A stretch of 64,000 nt of DNA from Tubiluchus corallicola (lineage: Eukaryota > Animalia > Priapulida), in assembly GCA_030141605.1 (NCBI GenBank), contig JAQGDQ010000584.1, positions 71,674-135,673 of the forward strand. The letters run 5' to 3'. A model generated the notes under the pieces. It ran no database searches, was not told where the DNA came from, and was given only the letters and a program-made list of their open reading frames with translations. A program made the position numbers and the translations under genes. Shown here in pieces: positions 24,803 through 39,300 of this stretch; within the stretch, counting starts at the first letter, position 1; each line of letters starts with the position of its first letter.

Positions 24803-26877
24803 TTAACTTGCAAAAAGGCAAGAAGAGCGATCGATACACAAACTATAACAACAAAAGATTTTCACATAGGTGTTTATTTATTTTTAAAAATGACGGCAAA
24901 AACAATTACGTACAGAAACCAATGGACAAATACTGATAAACATATTGCACAGAGAATAACATTTGTATATTATATATATTTATATATTATTTATACCATA
25001 TTTTTTAAGAATCACTGAAAATTAACTCCAGGTTTAATTTGACCCTTCGTTTAATTTTTGCTTATTACAATTTACAATATAACTATTACAATTTTCTGTA
25101 TCAAACTATTTTAATGATAAACCTAATTAACGAAAGAGCAGGAGTGCAGCTTCACAAGAACACAGTCTTATAAAACAACTGTAAGATCAATTGGTGTTAC
25201 GACATTTCGATGCATGTTTTGTGTCAAGTGTAAAACCTTTGTCTGGTGCTTTTTATTTGTACCACGTAAAAAGAAAATTAAAATATAATTTTCTGAAAGA
25301 GATATAAAGTAATTGGTTAATTTCAACACATGCTTTAAAGCCACTTAGCAGCCTGGCAAAGATGAAAATGTCTCACACGTTTGCAGGTCGCATATAAACA
25401 GAACACGGCAAAACTGTCAATTAATGCTAGAGCTAATTTTCAGTGATTTGTAATGTAATTAAGCTAAATTCAGCATACAGCAACAATCATACACGCTTAT
25501 AGTTACGTATCTATACTGCATAATCTTAAACGGTAAAATACTAACGTAATAAATTAATAAATAAAAAAAAACTCCGCAATAAATGACTAAGCTCTACTAT
25601 CCACGACTAAAACATGTATTTACAATATCTATGAAGGTAGAACGCTAATTACACGAATAACGGCAGAACGCTATAAACACTGGCAGAACTAAATGGCACA
25701 ATGTAATAGAACTAATTAGTAATATGGGTAGTAAAAGGCAATTTACAGCAAGGAGGATGTATGCAAATGGCAATAGAAGTAGAGATTATTTCAGTTATAT
25801 TTATCAAAATTTGAATATTATAAGTCAATAACGTAACTAATAATGACTGCAGCACTAACTACAAACATGCAAAAAAAACGAAACAAAAATAAACAAACCA
25901 TAATTCTAACAAAGCGAGACGGAATTACTTCGGTGAGTGAAAAAAACCATGCCGAAGTCCCTGTTGTTCAGCATGCTACGAATTACGCGATCAAAAATGC
26001 CTGTTCTCGTTCAACATGCCACTAGTTTACAAGAGATAAAATAACAGACTTCTTCAGAAACTCGACCTTACAAAATCACGAGCATTTAATGTCACTATAA
26101 CAGTTTTAAAAACAAAAAATAAACAACTTACGTGAACGAGAAGCACATAATACGTTAAACAATTTAAGTACAACATGAAAACACTTTTATGTTATAAACA
26201 TGTTCACTTTGGCCGCAGAACTTCTGAAAATGTCCTTAATAACATTAGGAACATGTTCACACTGGTTTCAGAAAAAGTTTTAAATTGAATGAGTTGAAGT
26301 TTAACAAGCCGCCACAAATGGAAAATTCACATTTATTGCAGCTCAGAGCAAAAGCCCCGATAATATTTCCACAAGCTTTATAACTACTTTATAACTAATG
26401 ACTAGTGAATATTACGCATTTAAATAGAACAACACAGCAAAACATTTTCTCAGCACCTTTCTGCACAACTACATCTGGGAGAAACGTAGCCAAAAATATC
26501 GTTAACAATTAATTTAATATTATTCTTCTAAAACACTAATCTGACCTCATAATCTATTTATACAATGAAATAAGCACTTGCTCTTTTTTCTGATTGGTCG
26601 ATAGCATTCTCCTGCAGCGGGACAACCAATCAAAGCTGTTCGATATAAAGTAGTTGCAGGGAACTTGTACCCCCATGTGAACAGACATTTACAATACCAA
26701 AAACTATAATCATTGGCTTCCGGAAGCCTACATCATCTCCGGGATAAGTCCCAGCATCAAAAGAAAATTCGTATATTGTTTTAAATTGACTATAATAATA
26801 GACAGTACAACAATTTTAACCACAATACTGATAACTGTAATTCACAAAAAATGGAACAACACTAGTAGTAAGCTCAT

Positions 26878-27374
26878 CTAACAAATTTCACTTTTAATAT
26901 CAGCCGCCAGGGCGGCATTGCAATCAATGTAATTATTATGTACACTGTTATTATGTTGACTGTCCTCACATTTAATTGGCTTCTCCAAGCCATTTTGAAG
27001 CAAATGCAACAGTTCGTCTGGATTCTTTAGTGGGGCTGAAAATGTCGACATTCCCGGTAGGAGAACCTCGTAATTTGAAGTGGTTGATATGCCACCACCT
27101 GACGGAAAACATTCGTTGAGTATCGCCGTGTCAAGGTCAAATGCTGGCTGGACGTTGCGTAACGTCTCGTATATGGGGCTCGACACCGGAAGCCCCGTCA
27201 CATCCTGAGTATTAACCGTTTCGGTTGGTGGAAGGGGATAATGCGCATCGAAGAGTGATGGGTCATTTTCAACAGCCGGTGGGTCATCAAACAGAGGACT
27301 TTCCGTATCACCCAGGCTGTTCTCTTCCTTAAGTTTCTCGACCGCGGCTTTTGTCTCGCGACTCTCTTCAGATT
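26878..27374 (-). CDS. ZnF gene C terminal exon, acidic/disordered, with SUMO-type IKCE and IKSE motifs
   Basis: ttcttctgcag acceptor, 165 codons to TAG. Confidence 0.8.
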
Positions 27375-30300
27375 CTGCAGAAGAAAAATGAGGAAACTTA
27401 ATCGAGAGAAAACAATGGCTGCCATAAAAGTGACAGAAGTAAAACATAATGAACAGCAATAATGTAATAGCTAACACAGGAAAATAGGACTCAGAATGAG
27501 CAATGATTTCCGTTTTTAGCAGCGTCGGTAAAAAAAGAATCAAAATAATGCACCCAAAGAATGTGGTTGCACTATGCAGTAGGTTTAAATGCCACACAAA
27601 CACTCAGAGAGATAGCTAAACTCGCACAACAGTGAGACAACAATGGGCACCAAATGTACAAGAGAAAAACCACATTCGATTGCTAGGCATAAACAGCCCT
27701 AGAATGACACAGTTTTGAAGTACTGTTCAATGTGCAGGCTAGCAATCTTTCTTTGTGCATGCGTGGCATTTAAAATCTAGGACACTATCATCATAAATAC
27801 ACAGTAGCAAACAATGAAAAAAATCCATGACAAAAGCTTAAATTGTCTACACTGTATTAACAATTTAGCAAAACTTAATTTAACAGAAATTTAATACATG
27901 ATGTAACTAAACTCAAATGACATCAACACCACACACAAACAACAAAAAGAGACAAACACCTGCAAATCATACAATCTACAATGGCACACATGTGCAAAAG
28001 TACCACCCAAGGAAAAGGGTTATCAGGGAAAGATTCAGATTTTGGTCCCTACTCACTATCTTCAAACTCTCCCTGTGGGGACCCAGTCGCATTGACTGCC
28101 CAACCTAAGGCATGCCTTGTAATGGATTAGCTGAAAGCTTTAGATGAAATAAGTCAAACGGCATTATTACACTCTGCATTAAAGAACCATTGATGTCACT
28201 TTGGCAATCAAGTCCTGCAGGTGAACAGACTACAAATCTACATAATTTTGCCATTTCAAAGTCACAGGTAAAAACTCGTGTACTAAATAAAGGCCGAACT
28301 AACTAACTGATGCGGCTGACATTCGAATGTTTTGAACAGTGATTAACGCACATTGGCATCTTGACTTTCGTCGGACTTCTATGTACAGTCATACCTCTGT
28401 TTTCGATCATAATTCGTTCCTAAAAAGTGTTTGAAAACCGATTTGGTTGAGTGCCGAATCATTTATTCTCATAAGAAATAATGTAAAAGCAAATAATCCG
28501 TTCTCACGTGCCAAATGAACTGTAAAGTATTACTAAAACGAAATATAATAACGCAAAAATATTTATTCAAACAGTAGATATGATATAAATGATAAGAAAA
28601 ACATAATAGAATTATTTAAAAAGAAAAACGTAATTATTCCTGCATGAAAAAAGTTAAGTGCTGGTAGCAGTGTGATGGCATACGTAAGCAAGAGCAGAAA
28701 CACATGCGTGACTACTCTCGGGCGCGGTCGGTTACGCTCAGCTCTACTCGGCTTGCCGCGCATGAGTTCATCACGTGTTTGGCGGCTAGTCGAGTATCGA
28801 AATTCTGGTCAAGAGAGGAGACAATTCCAGCTCGAATTTTCTGATCAAAAACCGATTTGTACGAGTATGGAGACATTTGAAAATGGAGGTATGACTGTAC
28901 TTTACCAAAATAAAATGACAAATTGAAAGTAGAATGTAACAGAGTTAACATTTTTTTTTGTTAATAAACGTTTGAAGTTTTCAAAATAGTAAGTAAAATC
29001 AAAAATACTATTGTATATATCCCATTTTCCTAACGAAATGTACCTCTCCAAACTCTATTCTCAAGCATACCACATACACAGAACTGTTCACTACAACTTC
29101 ATCTATAGAATTCGTTAGCAGCTACAATATCATCTTTAACGAGTAAAAATTATTACCATCAATAATGGCCAGCACAGTAGCTGGATATTTGCGAGAATCC
29201 AACTCCACAGTGACGTCTTTGCCAGGGCTCAACGTTCCCTTGGTAAGAACTTTGGCCCGAGGAACGATGTGTTCGCCGTACCCTTCGGAATCCCATTTGA
29301 TCTTAACCTCCGGTGGTGATTCAGATTTTCTAGAACTAGAACTGTACAAATTAAGATGTTGGAGTGAACAATTGGCAAATTAACAGGTTAGCAAAAAAAT
29401 GTAAACCCATGTAGGGGATACCTAGACGCTACGCGTGAAAGAATGTAAGAAAACGGAATAGTATGCAGATGAAAACCTAAATTCAAAAATAAAAAATAAA
29501 ACACCTTTCACGGCTATCAGAACTATATAAGAGACTGATATGGCAATGAGACTGGCGATGCATTGCAAACTTTTACTCAGTTGAAAGGCCTAGGAAATGC
29601 TCTATAGTATATGGCAAGGAGACAGAAGATGCAAGGCAAACTTTCACTCAGTTGAAAGGCCTAGGAAATGCTCTATAGTATATGGCAAGGAGACAGAAGA
29701 TGCAAGGCAAACTTTCACTCAGTTGAAAGGCCTAGGAAATGCTCTATAGTATATGGCAATGAGAGTGACGATACAAGGCAGACTTTTGCTCAGTTTGAAA
29801 GGCCTAGGAAATGCTCTATAGTATATGGCAATGAGACTGACGATGCAATGCAAACTTTCACTCAGTTGAAAGGCCAAGGAAATGCTTAATGCTCTATAGT
29901 ATATGGCAATGAGACTGACGATGCAAGGCAAACTTTCACTCAGTTGAAAGGCCAAGGAAATGCTCTATAGTATATGGCAATGAGACTGACGATGCAAGGC
30001 AAACTTTCACTCAGTTGAAAGGCCTAGGAAATGCTCTATACTATAGTATATGGCAATGAGACTGGCGATGCAAGGCAAACTTTTACTCAGTTTGAAAGGC
30101 CCAGGAAATGCTCTATAGTATATGGCAATGAGACTGACGATGCAAGGCAAACTTTTACTCAGTTTGAAAGGCCTAGGAAATGCTCTATAGTATATGACAA
30201 TGAGACTGGTGATGCAATGCAAACTTTCACTCAGTTGAAAGGCCTAGGAAATGCTTTATAGTATATGGCAACGAGACTGACGATGCAAGGCAAACTTTTA

Positions 30301-33300
30301 CTCAGTTGAAAGGCCCAGGAAATGCTCTATAGTATATGGCAATGAGACTGACGATGCAAGGCAAACTTTCACTCAGTTGAAAGGCCTAGGAAATGCTCTA
30401 TAGTATATGGCAATGAGACTGGCGATGCAAGGCAAACTTTTGCTCAGTTTGAAAGGCCTAGGAAATGCTCTATAGTATATGGCAATGAGACTGACAATGC
30501 AAGGCAAACTTTCACTCAGTTGAAAGACATAGGAAATGCTCTATAGTATATGGCAATAAGACTGGCGATGCAAGGCAAACTTTTACTCAGTTTGAAAGGC
30601 CCAGGAAATGCTCTATAGTATATGGCAATGAGACTGACGATGCAAGGCAAACTTTTACTCAGTTTGAAAGGCCCAGGAAATGCTCTATAGTATATGGCAA
30701 TGAGACTGACGATGCAAGGCAAACTTTCACTCAGTTGAAAGGCCTAGGAAATGCTCTATAGTATATGGCAATGAGACTGACGATGCAAGGCAAACTTTCA
30801 CTCAGTTTGAAAGGCCCAGGAAATGCTCTATAGTATATGGCAATGAGACTGACGATGCAAGGCAAACTTTTACTCAGTTTGAAAGGCCCAGGAAATGCTG
30901 TATAGCATATGGCAATGAGACTGACGATGCAAGGCAAACTTTTACTCAGTTTGAAAGGCCCAGGAAATGCTCTATAGTATATGGCAATGAGACTGACGAT
31001 GCAAGGCAAACTTTTACTCAGTTGAAAGGCCTAGTAAAGCTATGTTCTTTACAAAACAATTTTCCTTCAGTTTTATAACTTGACTAAACAGACAGCTGGT
31101 TTAGTTCTAAGGTGCTTTAACATCACCAAAATACGTAAATCCTTTCAAGACCCTATATAAATGTGGACTGAAGTTTGTGAGTATATATTAGGTACGGAAA
31201 CATTCCTTGGAACATCACGGAACCCGCGTTTGACGTTAATCTCAAATCTGGTCATTACCGTTCAAACAACTATTGGTCATTAGTGCCTATCCGGTAACTT
31301 TCTTCTTCACAATATTTTGATAATAAGTTAATAGAATTATTACTATTAAAATGAGTAAATATACAATGTATCGGTGAATCGCAGGTTAATGTTACCTAAT
31401 GCCTACATAAAGAACACCAGATATACAATACGTATGCAGGCACTGCTAGAATGTTACGAGAATAACATGCTATAATCAGAAACTAAAATATTAAAAAAAA
31501 CGAACAGCGATACTCACTTCAGTGCTGGCAGCGACGATGCGAAATGTTACCACACGGCGGCGCCACACTCCATGCACGACCAGAGCAAACGAAAATATCA
31601 CACGAAGTCAGCCATAATCCATGCGCAAATAAATCAGTACGGGAGAATGAATATAATACACTGTGCTCGTCGTTAAAATAAACCACAGCATGCAGAAAAA
31701 CACAACTGCAACACTCGACTGTTAAACAATGATAAAACTATACGCCATTGTTATAACTACGATCATCTTTAACTATACTCAAATATGCCAGGCAAGTGAA
31801 TTTATGTGTTACCCAGAGTCATTCTCCCCCCCCCCCCGTTTTATTGGTCATCATTTCATCATTTTGGACATGCATTTATATTTTGCCAGAAGTCAATTTT
31901 TTCCGTTTTTGGCCACCATTTTGGACATGCATTTATATTTTGCCCGAAGTCATTTTTTCCATTTTCTAGGCCACCATTTTAGATGTGCATTTAGATTTGC
32001 CCGAAGTTATTTTTTTCATTTTTTGGCCACCATTTGGGCCGTATAATGCATGTGTCAATTCATTTAGCCTCCCACCATCTCACTAAGTGTATTTATTTAC
32101 ATTTCAGGGTTACTAAACAAAAATCCTCAGCAAAGAAAACGTTTCTGAAGGCCACTCCACCTTCCTTAGCAAAAGTTACACATTTCTTACATAGTGACTC
32201 AGACCGTATTGCCACGTGCATTAGCTACACTTCAACAACAAATTTTGCTGGGATGCCAAAGGCAAAACTTACACTTTGGGGGCAACAATTTCCCTCACGC
32301 TTAAATTTCTATAAGAATCATGCAAAACTTAGTGGAATTTTATAAATACACCATCTTGTAATGCTTTGTGTGATCATGCTAGTTAATACTATTTGTTATT
32401 GCGTTCAATGTTATTATTATTTTATTAAATCATGGTTGCAATTGTACGTTATTTATTACATTATCTGCAAATGTTAAAAGTGATAATTATAGGATATCTT
32501 ATAGTAAAATTTATTTTTAAGTTAGTTATGATTAATTAGTAAATGTTTCACACATTACTGTAGGAACACGAATGATCAACTGGAATGGGTAACCTGGAAT
32601 AACTAGACTAACTAACAATGGCCATATGCTGCTCATGATATGCAGTTAAAGAAACGAATGCACAAAATTCTAAATAAAAACGCGTAAAAAGTGCGAAGTT
32701 CGCAAAACGCAAATGCGAAGAACCCAAAAGACAGACAGACAGCGACCCACAAAAATGCATCATGCAAAAACACAGTAAAAGAAGAACAAAAAACATGAAA
32801 GAAAGAGGAAATCACATTCACTCTAAATCAGAAATATGGAAGCTATGCGGAGATGTTTTCATTTTGGGTTACAATGAAGTACTGAGCTCACGGTTTCAAA
32901 AAACTGGACATGACTGAGATTCTTTGTACCAAACCTTGTTTGAGACAAGCATAATTCACCATACACTCATATCTCTGTTTGCTGGACCTTGCTTTTACGG
33001 ATATCGGAAAAATCAGACAAAATCTGGACCGTTAAAAAGTCCCGCATATTACGGACACAGTCAGTTGTTTTATCGAGCTGACCGCTAGTTGGCAGGCGGT
33101 CACTTTGCTTACATCATTGCATCAGCGTAACCAAGAAACATGCTACAACACGTGTGTAGCTTGTATGTCAGCGTGTTCAAGTAGTTTAAAAACACAGAGT
33201 CAATTATGCGGAGTTATTTGAGTGAATTGCCTTATATTGTATATACTTTAGCATTGGAGCGGCCCGTAGTAGACGCTTTTGAGACAATTAGGCAATTGAT

Positions 33301-36300
33301 TCCACATTACCTTGAGTCTAATACACGGTGCCTACTGTATTAGCTTAGTATCGGTAATACGGACAAGCGGCAAATTCGGACCGACGTCTGCCCGCTTTTG
33401 TCCGGCAAACCGAGATATGAGTGTACAGTATGCGACTGCAAGCAGTGAAGATACAAGTTTCATTTTTACACCTTTAACTTGCAGGCCATTGAGAAATTTC
33501 ACTTTTTACATAATATTCTCTACTTTTACTGCAATAACTGTTCGCAGGCAAAAACAGCCAATGATGGTATTAAGATGGGTTCTTAAGCTTCGTAATGATC
33601 ACAAGATCATTCTGAGTTTTTGCATTCTGAGTAAATCTATCAAGTGTTTTGTACTGTTTTACATAGTAAATTAAGCATTTTTCATGCGATATCAACAGAT
33701 TTTTATAGATAAATTATCTGAATACTAGAACAGCTAACAGCTTCCAATAGCTAAAGAAATAACCAACCTGAATATGTTATTTATATAAATGTTATACATG
33801 GATTTTTTTTTGTGCGCTAAAGATATTTGTAAAAATATTCAAAATTTCACATAGCAGCAAGTCACAGATTAGCATGAACAATAGATTACCGTGGTATTCA
33901 TAACATGCAACTTGCTATGTGCAGTCTCCTGCTGTATTTCCAAGAACATGATGCAGATTGGGCATTGGTAAAGTCGACATTGCTAAAGTGACAGAGTGAT
34001 TTTTGTCTGCCACCTAGTGGAGAGTTAGAAAAACAATGCAAGCATGTAATGGCACTACTTGCAGTTGTACGAGGCTGTAATGATTACCTTGAGAATAGGT
34101 CTCGTTAAGCACTGTAGAAGAGGCAATAGGATCTTACTGTTATCCTTAAATGTTGCAAAAGAAACCATACAAAACAAAACGTAGCACTGCGGCATGCACA
34201 CATACTAAAAAAGCTTGTTTCGGTTTCTTCAACATTTATAACACATCCACAAGCAAGAGAAAACATATCAACATATAAAAAACAATGATGCTGGTATACT
34301 TACATAGTCAGATGACACAGACAGAGCAGTCAACTATGTTAGTAAGCAGTTAGTAACATTCACCCGTACACCTCACATTGTATGTATGAGCAAAAACAGC
34401 TGTTAGTAGAAACTAAATGATCGTTATTAGTCACAAAAACAGAAAAAACGTAAAAAAACACGACCTATTTCCGTCTATGGAAAGAAAGCAAGATCTATTT
34501 TCTTTTATGCAGTGAAAACTAAGATCCATTTTCCTTTATGCAGCGAAAAATATGGCCCACTATTCTGTATGCAATGAAAAATATGGCCCACTATTCTGTA
34601 TGCAATGAAAAATATGGCCCACTATTCTGTATGCAACGAAAAATATGGCAAACTATTCTCTATGCAACGAAAAATATGGCAAACTATTCTCTATGCAACG
34701 AAAAATATGGCAAACTATTCTCTATGCAACGAAAAATATGTCACACTATTCTGTATGCAACGAACAATATGGCACATTCACCTTTGCGCAGAGGAAAATA
34801 TGCCTTATTTTTCTTTATGCAAGAAAAAATACAGCCCATTTTCCTTTATGCAGTGAAAAATTGGGCCATTTTACTTTACCCTGTCAAAAACACAGCCTGT
34901 TTTCCTTTATGCAGCAAAAAAATGAGGCCATTTTTCTTTACTCTGTCAAAAATACAGCCTGTGTTCCTTTATGCAGTGAAAAATGAGACCATTTTCTTTA
35001 CCCTGTCAAAAATACAGCCTGTATTCCTTTATCCAGCAAAAAATGAGGCAATTTTTCTTTACCCTTTCAAAAATACAGCCCGTTTTCCTTTATGCAGTGA
35101 AAAATGAGACCATTTTTCTTTACCCTGTCAAAAATACAGCCTGTGTTCCTTTATGCAGTGAAAAATGAGACCATTTTTCTTTACCCTGTGAAAAATGCAG
35201 CCTGTGTTCCTTTATGCAGGGAAAAATATGGCCATTTTTCTTTACCCTGTGAAAAATGCAGCCTGTGAAAAATCAATAATCAACTAACAAATCACTTACC
35301 TGTGTTTCTTTTGCAAGTTGCATAGGTAAGACAGGGATGCATTGCACGGTTTACACGACACGGCCATTTCCGATGAGTGAACTTTCAGGTGCGCTTTCAG
35401 AGATGGGAGGTCTTCAAAGAATTCGCTGCAAACGTGACATTTCTGCACACCTCCGGGATGCAAGTTATGGTTACGCCTGAAAGCAAAAAATCATGTTTCA
35501 GTTTAAAAACGATCTAACAAAATTAGTGGTCAGTGTTCCTCACATTTCAGTACAAGACCAGACATGTGCCGACGTGCAAACCCGTGTTGCGATCCGATAC
35601 CGATTATTTTTACATATTGCTCTTGGCCGACATGATCCTCAATCTGATCTGATATGAGATCTGACATATGATAATTGCTGCAACAGTAACTGCTGTTTAT
35701 GCTGTGAGTGTGGAAGTCAAAATACAATATAATCATGACATTAGCTAGAAAATAAGATGACTTATTGACTTCCTATATAGTTATAATTATGACATTTTTG
35801 CGCTTCATGACATTAGCTGGAAAATAAGATGACTTATTGACTTCTCATACGGTTATAGTTATGATATTCTGCCGTTCTGTAAAGTACTAATTGTGTACTA
35901 GTTTAGTGTTACTAGCTACTGTTTTATTACTAATAGCATTAGTTTATCTTTCTTAGGATCAATCAGCTTCGTACAATTTACCCAAAGATATATTTCATTC
36001 CTGATAGCAAATTGGTTTTTAATCACATTAAAATCAACTCGCAGTGAAAAAATAACTAGTACTGATGTTTCATGTAAAATTGCAGACGCAAAAGAAACAC
36101 GCCACAGATTGGTAACGACCTCACAAATACAGAGTTTGAAGTTGAACATATCTGAGTTTTATATGTATGAAACAACCGCTTCAGTCAAACTTGTACGTTT
36201 TGTGGCTCAGTCAATACTTAAAAATGGTGGCATTTGTGTGTAAAAGTCATGGTGAAAATGAAATAGAATTTTTGAAGAAACTGCTCAAATTAATGACCGT

Positions 36301-39300
36301 AAGTGTTTATTATGATCGCATTCATTAGTGCTAATAAGAAAAGGCTCAAGCAAACTTTACTTCAGGTGTATTCAGAAGCGAAAATTCAATTTAGGGCAAA
36401 ATATCAGCATTGCTATCATTGATATTAGAACATTATCGGCCCGATATCCGATTTGTTCTGATCGATTATTTATCGGATCGGCACATCCCTGTCTAAGACC
36501 ACATGTGTCAATCATTGTCAAAAAGATGCTTGATGTTCAATAAAAAAAGTTGAATTAACAACCGCTGAACTCACCGATGACGCTGAAGATTTCCAGCCTG
36601 TGTAAAAGCCCGTCCACACATCTCGCACTCGTACGGACGTTCACCTGTATGTATCCTGCGATGCTTTTTCAACGTCGATACGTCGGAAAATGACTTGTCG
36701 CACAGATCACAGCTGTAGGGACGTTCTCCTGGAATGCAACACAAGGATGACCAATGTCCAAAGAAGTCAATGGTCATCGTCACACTAATTTGACTAATTT
36801 ACTAATAACTTTTGTGGATCATTTTATGACAGCCAATAAACACTATCAACAACTTTGGACAACTTTTTTGCCAGCACACAAAAACTGTAATTTTATCCCA
36901 GTTTTTTCTGTCTACAATTTCCTAGACTGTGAACTGATATCAACAACTTTGACAAAACTTCAACTTTTAACAAAAACTGTCAATCACGAGCAAGGCAATA
37001 GAACCAAGCTTGCCATTAAAAAAAGTTTCCAGAAATTTCTTAGGTGAAAAATTTTTGTTAGTAGTTTGGTTTCCTTGTATTGTTTAGAGTTTACGAGCAT
37101 TTCAGTGTCGCCAGGAAAATGTAATGTTCACACGGTTTCATGAAAGAACAAAACTGTATCAATTATTTTCGCTTATTAGTTATTAATTTGTCGCACAGAA
37201 ATAATGGCTCAATGCACATACCAAACACATAAGTTACGCTATTATTTAAACGTATTATGACCATCGCAACTACTCGGTCATATTCCCGCCCCGAATTAAT
37301 AATCCATATTATGTCCTAGTCTTTCGAAATGAATGTATTTTGCAAATACAGTAGGCGCCGCTTTTTAGACTCAGTTTGGGACCGAAATGTTTTGACCCAA
37401 TTAACCGACTGAACCTGTTAACTGATGGGTGTAGTATTACTGGTATAGATGTATGATTCATCAGCTTACTATGCACTGCAAATTTTTTTCATGAATTTTA
37501 GAAACAAAGTAATGCCTAAATTCTTTTGTGCAGTTAAAAATTAAAAAACATATTTTAAAATATTAATTTATATAAGTGAATTAGCAATGAATTAAAAGCT
37601 ATACTTTTTTAAATCACACAAGTCTGTTTATTTGCAAAAATTACAAAAATTCCTTCAAAGTCGGCTGCTTCATTTCATCACGAAGAAGTTCTGATAATGA
37701 TAAAAATGTTTAAAATCTGTTGTCGTATGATGCACAAAGTTCTCGAAAAGTAATTAGTGCTTGGCGTGCTTAAGCTGCTGGTAGTGCCCATGTTTCCCCG
37801 CAAGCACCTTCCTCTGTAGTTTCGCCTAAGCTCCCACTTGCTATGATTGTGACATACTTACTGTACTGTTCCTGCGTCCCGGGCAAAACAGCAACATCTA
37901 CCTGACTAAACTCCCTGGCAAAGACAGCCAGACCTTCAAAAGCAAACCGCGCTAGACAAGTGATTAAATGTTAAGCTTTCAGGAATTCTTGGGTAACGAT
38001 GTTAATTGCAGGTCAAAGGAAACCATAAGGCTAGCACAATAGTGTATGATCAACGTTCCTGCTTACAAACAAAACTGTACTTAACGTGATTGTTTCTATG
38101 TATATTATAGGACAAAAGCGAACTAAAATCATATAAAAGTCATAAAAGCTTATTAGTCACACGAATGTTTCTTTTGAAGCACGTGAAGCAAAAATATTGA
38201 GTCAATTGTGCGTCAATTACCGACAGTTTTTACGTACATTTGAATAGAAGCGACCCGTACACGGCGTTTTTGAGTCAATTAAGCAATTGAGTCTATTAAC
38301 CGTGAGTCTATTAATTGGCGCCTCCTGTACTAATACATATGATTGTTGAAACTAAAAAACTTAAACCATTCTGAGCTGGGAACATAATTAGGTTTAGAAC
38401 GCACTACTAATTTCAAAACTAGTAAGCACCCCCTTAAAAGCAGGCAAAATTAATAAATTAGATCATACGAAGTATAAGGGCAGCTTTAACGAATTACTAT
38501 TATTAACAAACACACAAATTTGCTTCTGATTAAAAACAAAATGCATGCATTTCATAAATATAAAACAATGCGGGTCATTTAAACAAACAAAATAGGTTTA
38601 CTTGCAATACAAATCAAAATAAATATATTATGTAATTACAAAAAAACACAACACAATTCCCATTGCTGTCATGTTCCCAACACCAAACCATTAAATAAGT
38701 TTGACACTGTCGTGCAAACAAATTGCCGTCCTGGTCCATCAAAGATGCAGCAGTAAGTTGCCGTGACGATGCACAATCCGGTCGTACTGTAAATTCTTCG
38801 ATTAGCAAAGATCCATCAATTACAAAGTCAAAACCGGGCCTGAACACTAACAAACTGAGATATATCACTGCCACGGTTAACTGGAAACGTTCAATCTACT
38901 CTCATACCCGAAAGTCTACCCAGAATGACCTGGGGCGTATTTACCAATGGGCTAACTAGGCTGTAGCTTAGAGTATGCAAATTTTCAGGAGCACCAGATT
39001 TCATGCGTATACTATCATATTTTATAACATACCACAAGCAGTTACTGAATCCCCTTTTATAAAAGTCCCTTTCAACAAATAAGAACCATTATTACCCAAA
39101 TTAACAAACAAGAATAACTATTACACCAAAAATACTACACCACAAGCAGTTGTGCAGTGCATTTAGATATAAGAGTTATGCAAATATATCTAACTAACAA
39201 TGACTACAAGTATTACTGCTTCATATATAAGTGTTGCTTATAAAGCAACCATAACCCATAATAGAGATGGGCAGGTTTGAACAATCAGCCTAGGTTTTGT

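Noticed and set aside
27375-27603. Hydrophobic N-terminal part of the 241-aa ORF suggesting a membrane protein
   Set aside because: Lies upstream of a clear acceptor at 27375; it is AT-rich intron read-through.
29668-31009. Repetitive ORFs in the 71-bp array
   Set aside because: Artefacts of tandem repeat translation; unit length is not consistently a multiple of three and the region is intronic.
31518-31575. Coding exon ending at the strong gtgagt donor (minus strand)
   Set aside because: The frame compatible with the next exon has a stop just upstream and no ATG or acceptor after it; at most a non-coding alternative first exon.
34538-35168. 189-aa and overlapping ORFs
   Set aside because: Open in several frames because of the 31/62-bp minisatellite; antisense to a ZnF intron.
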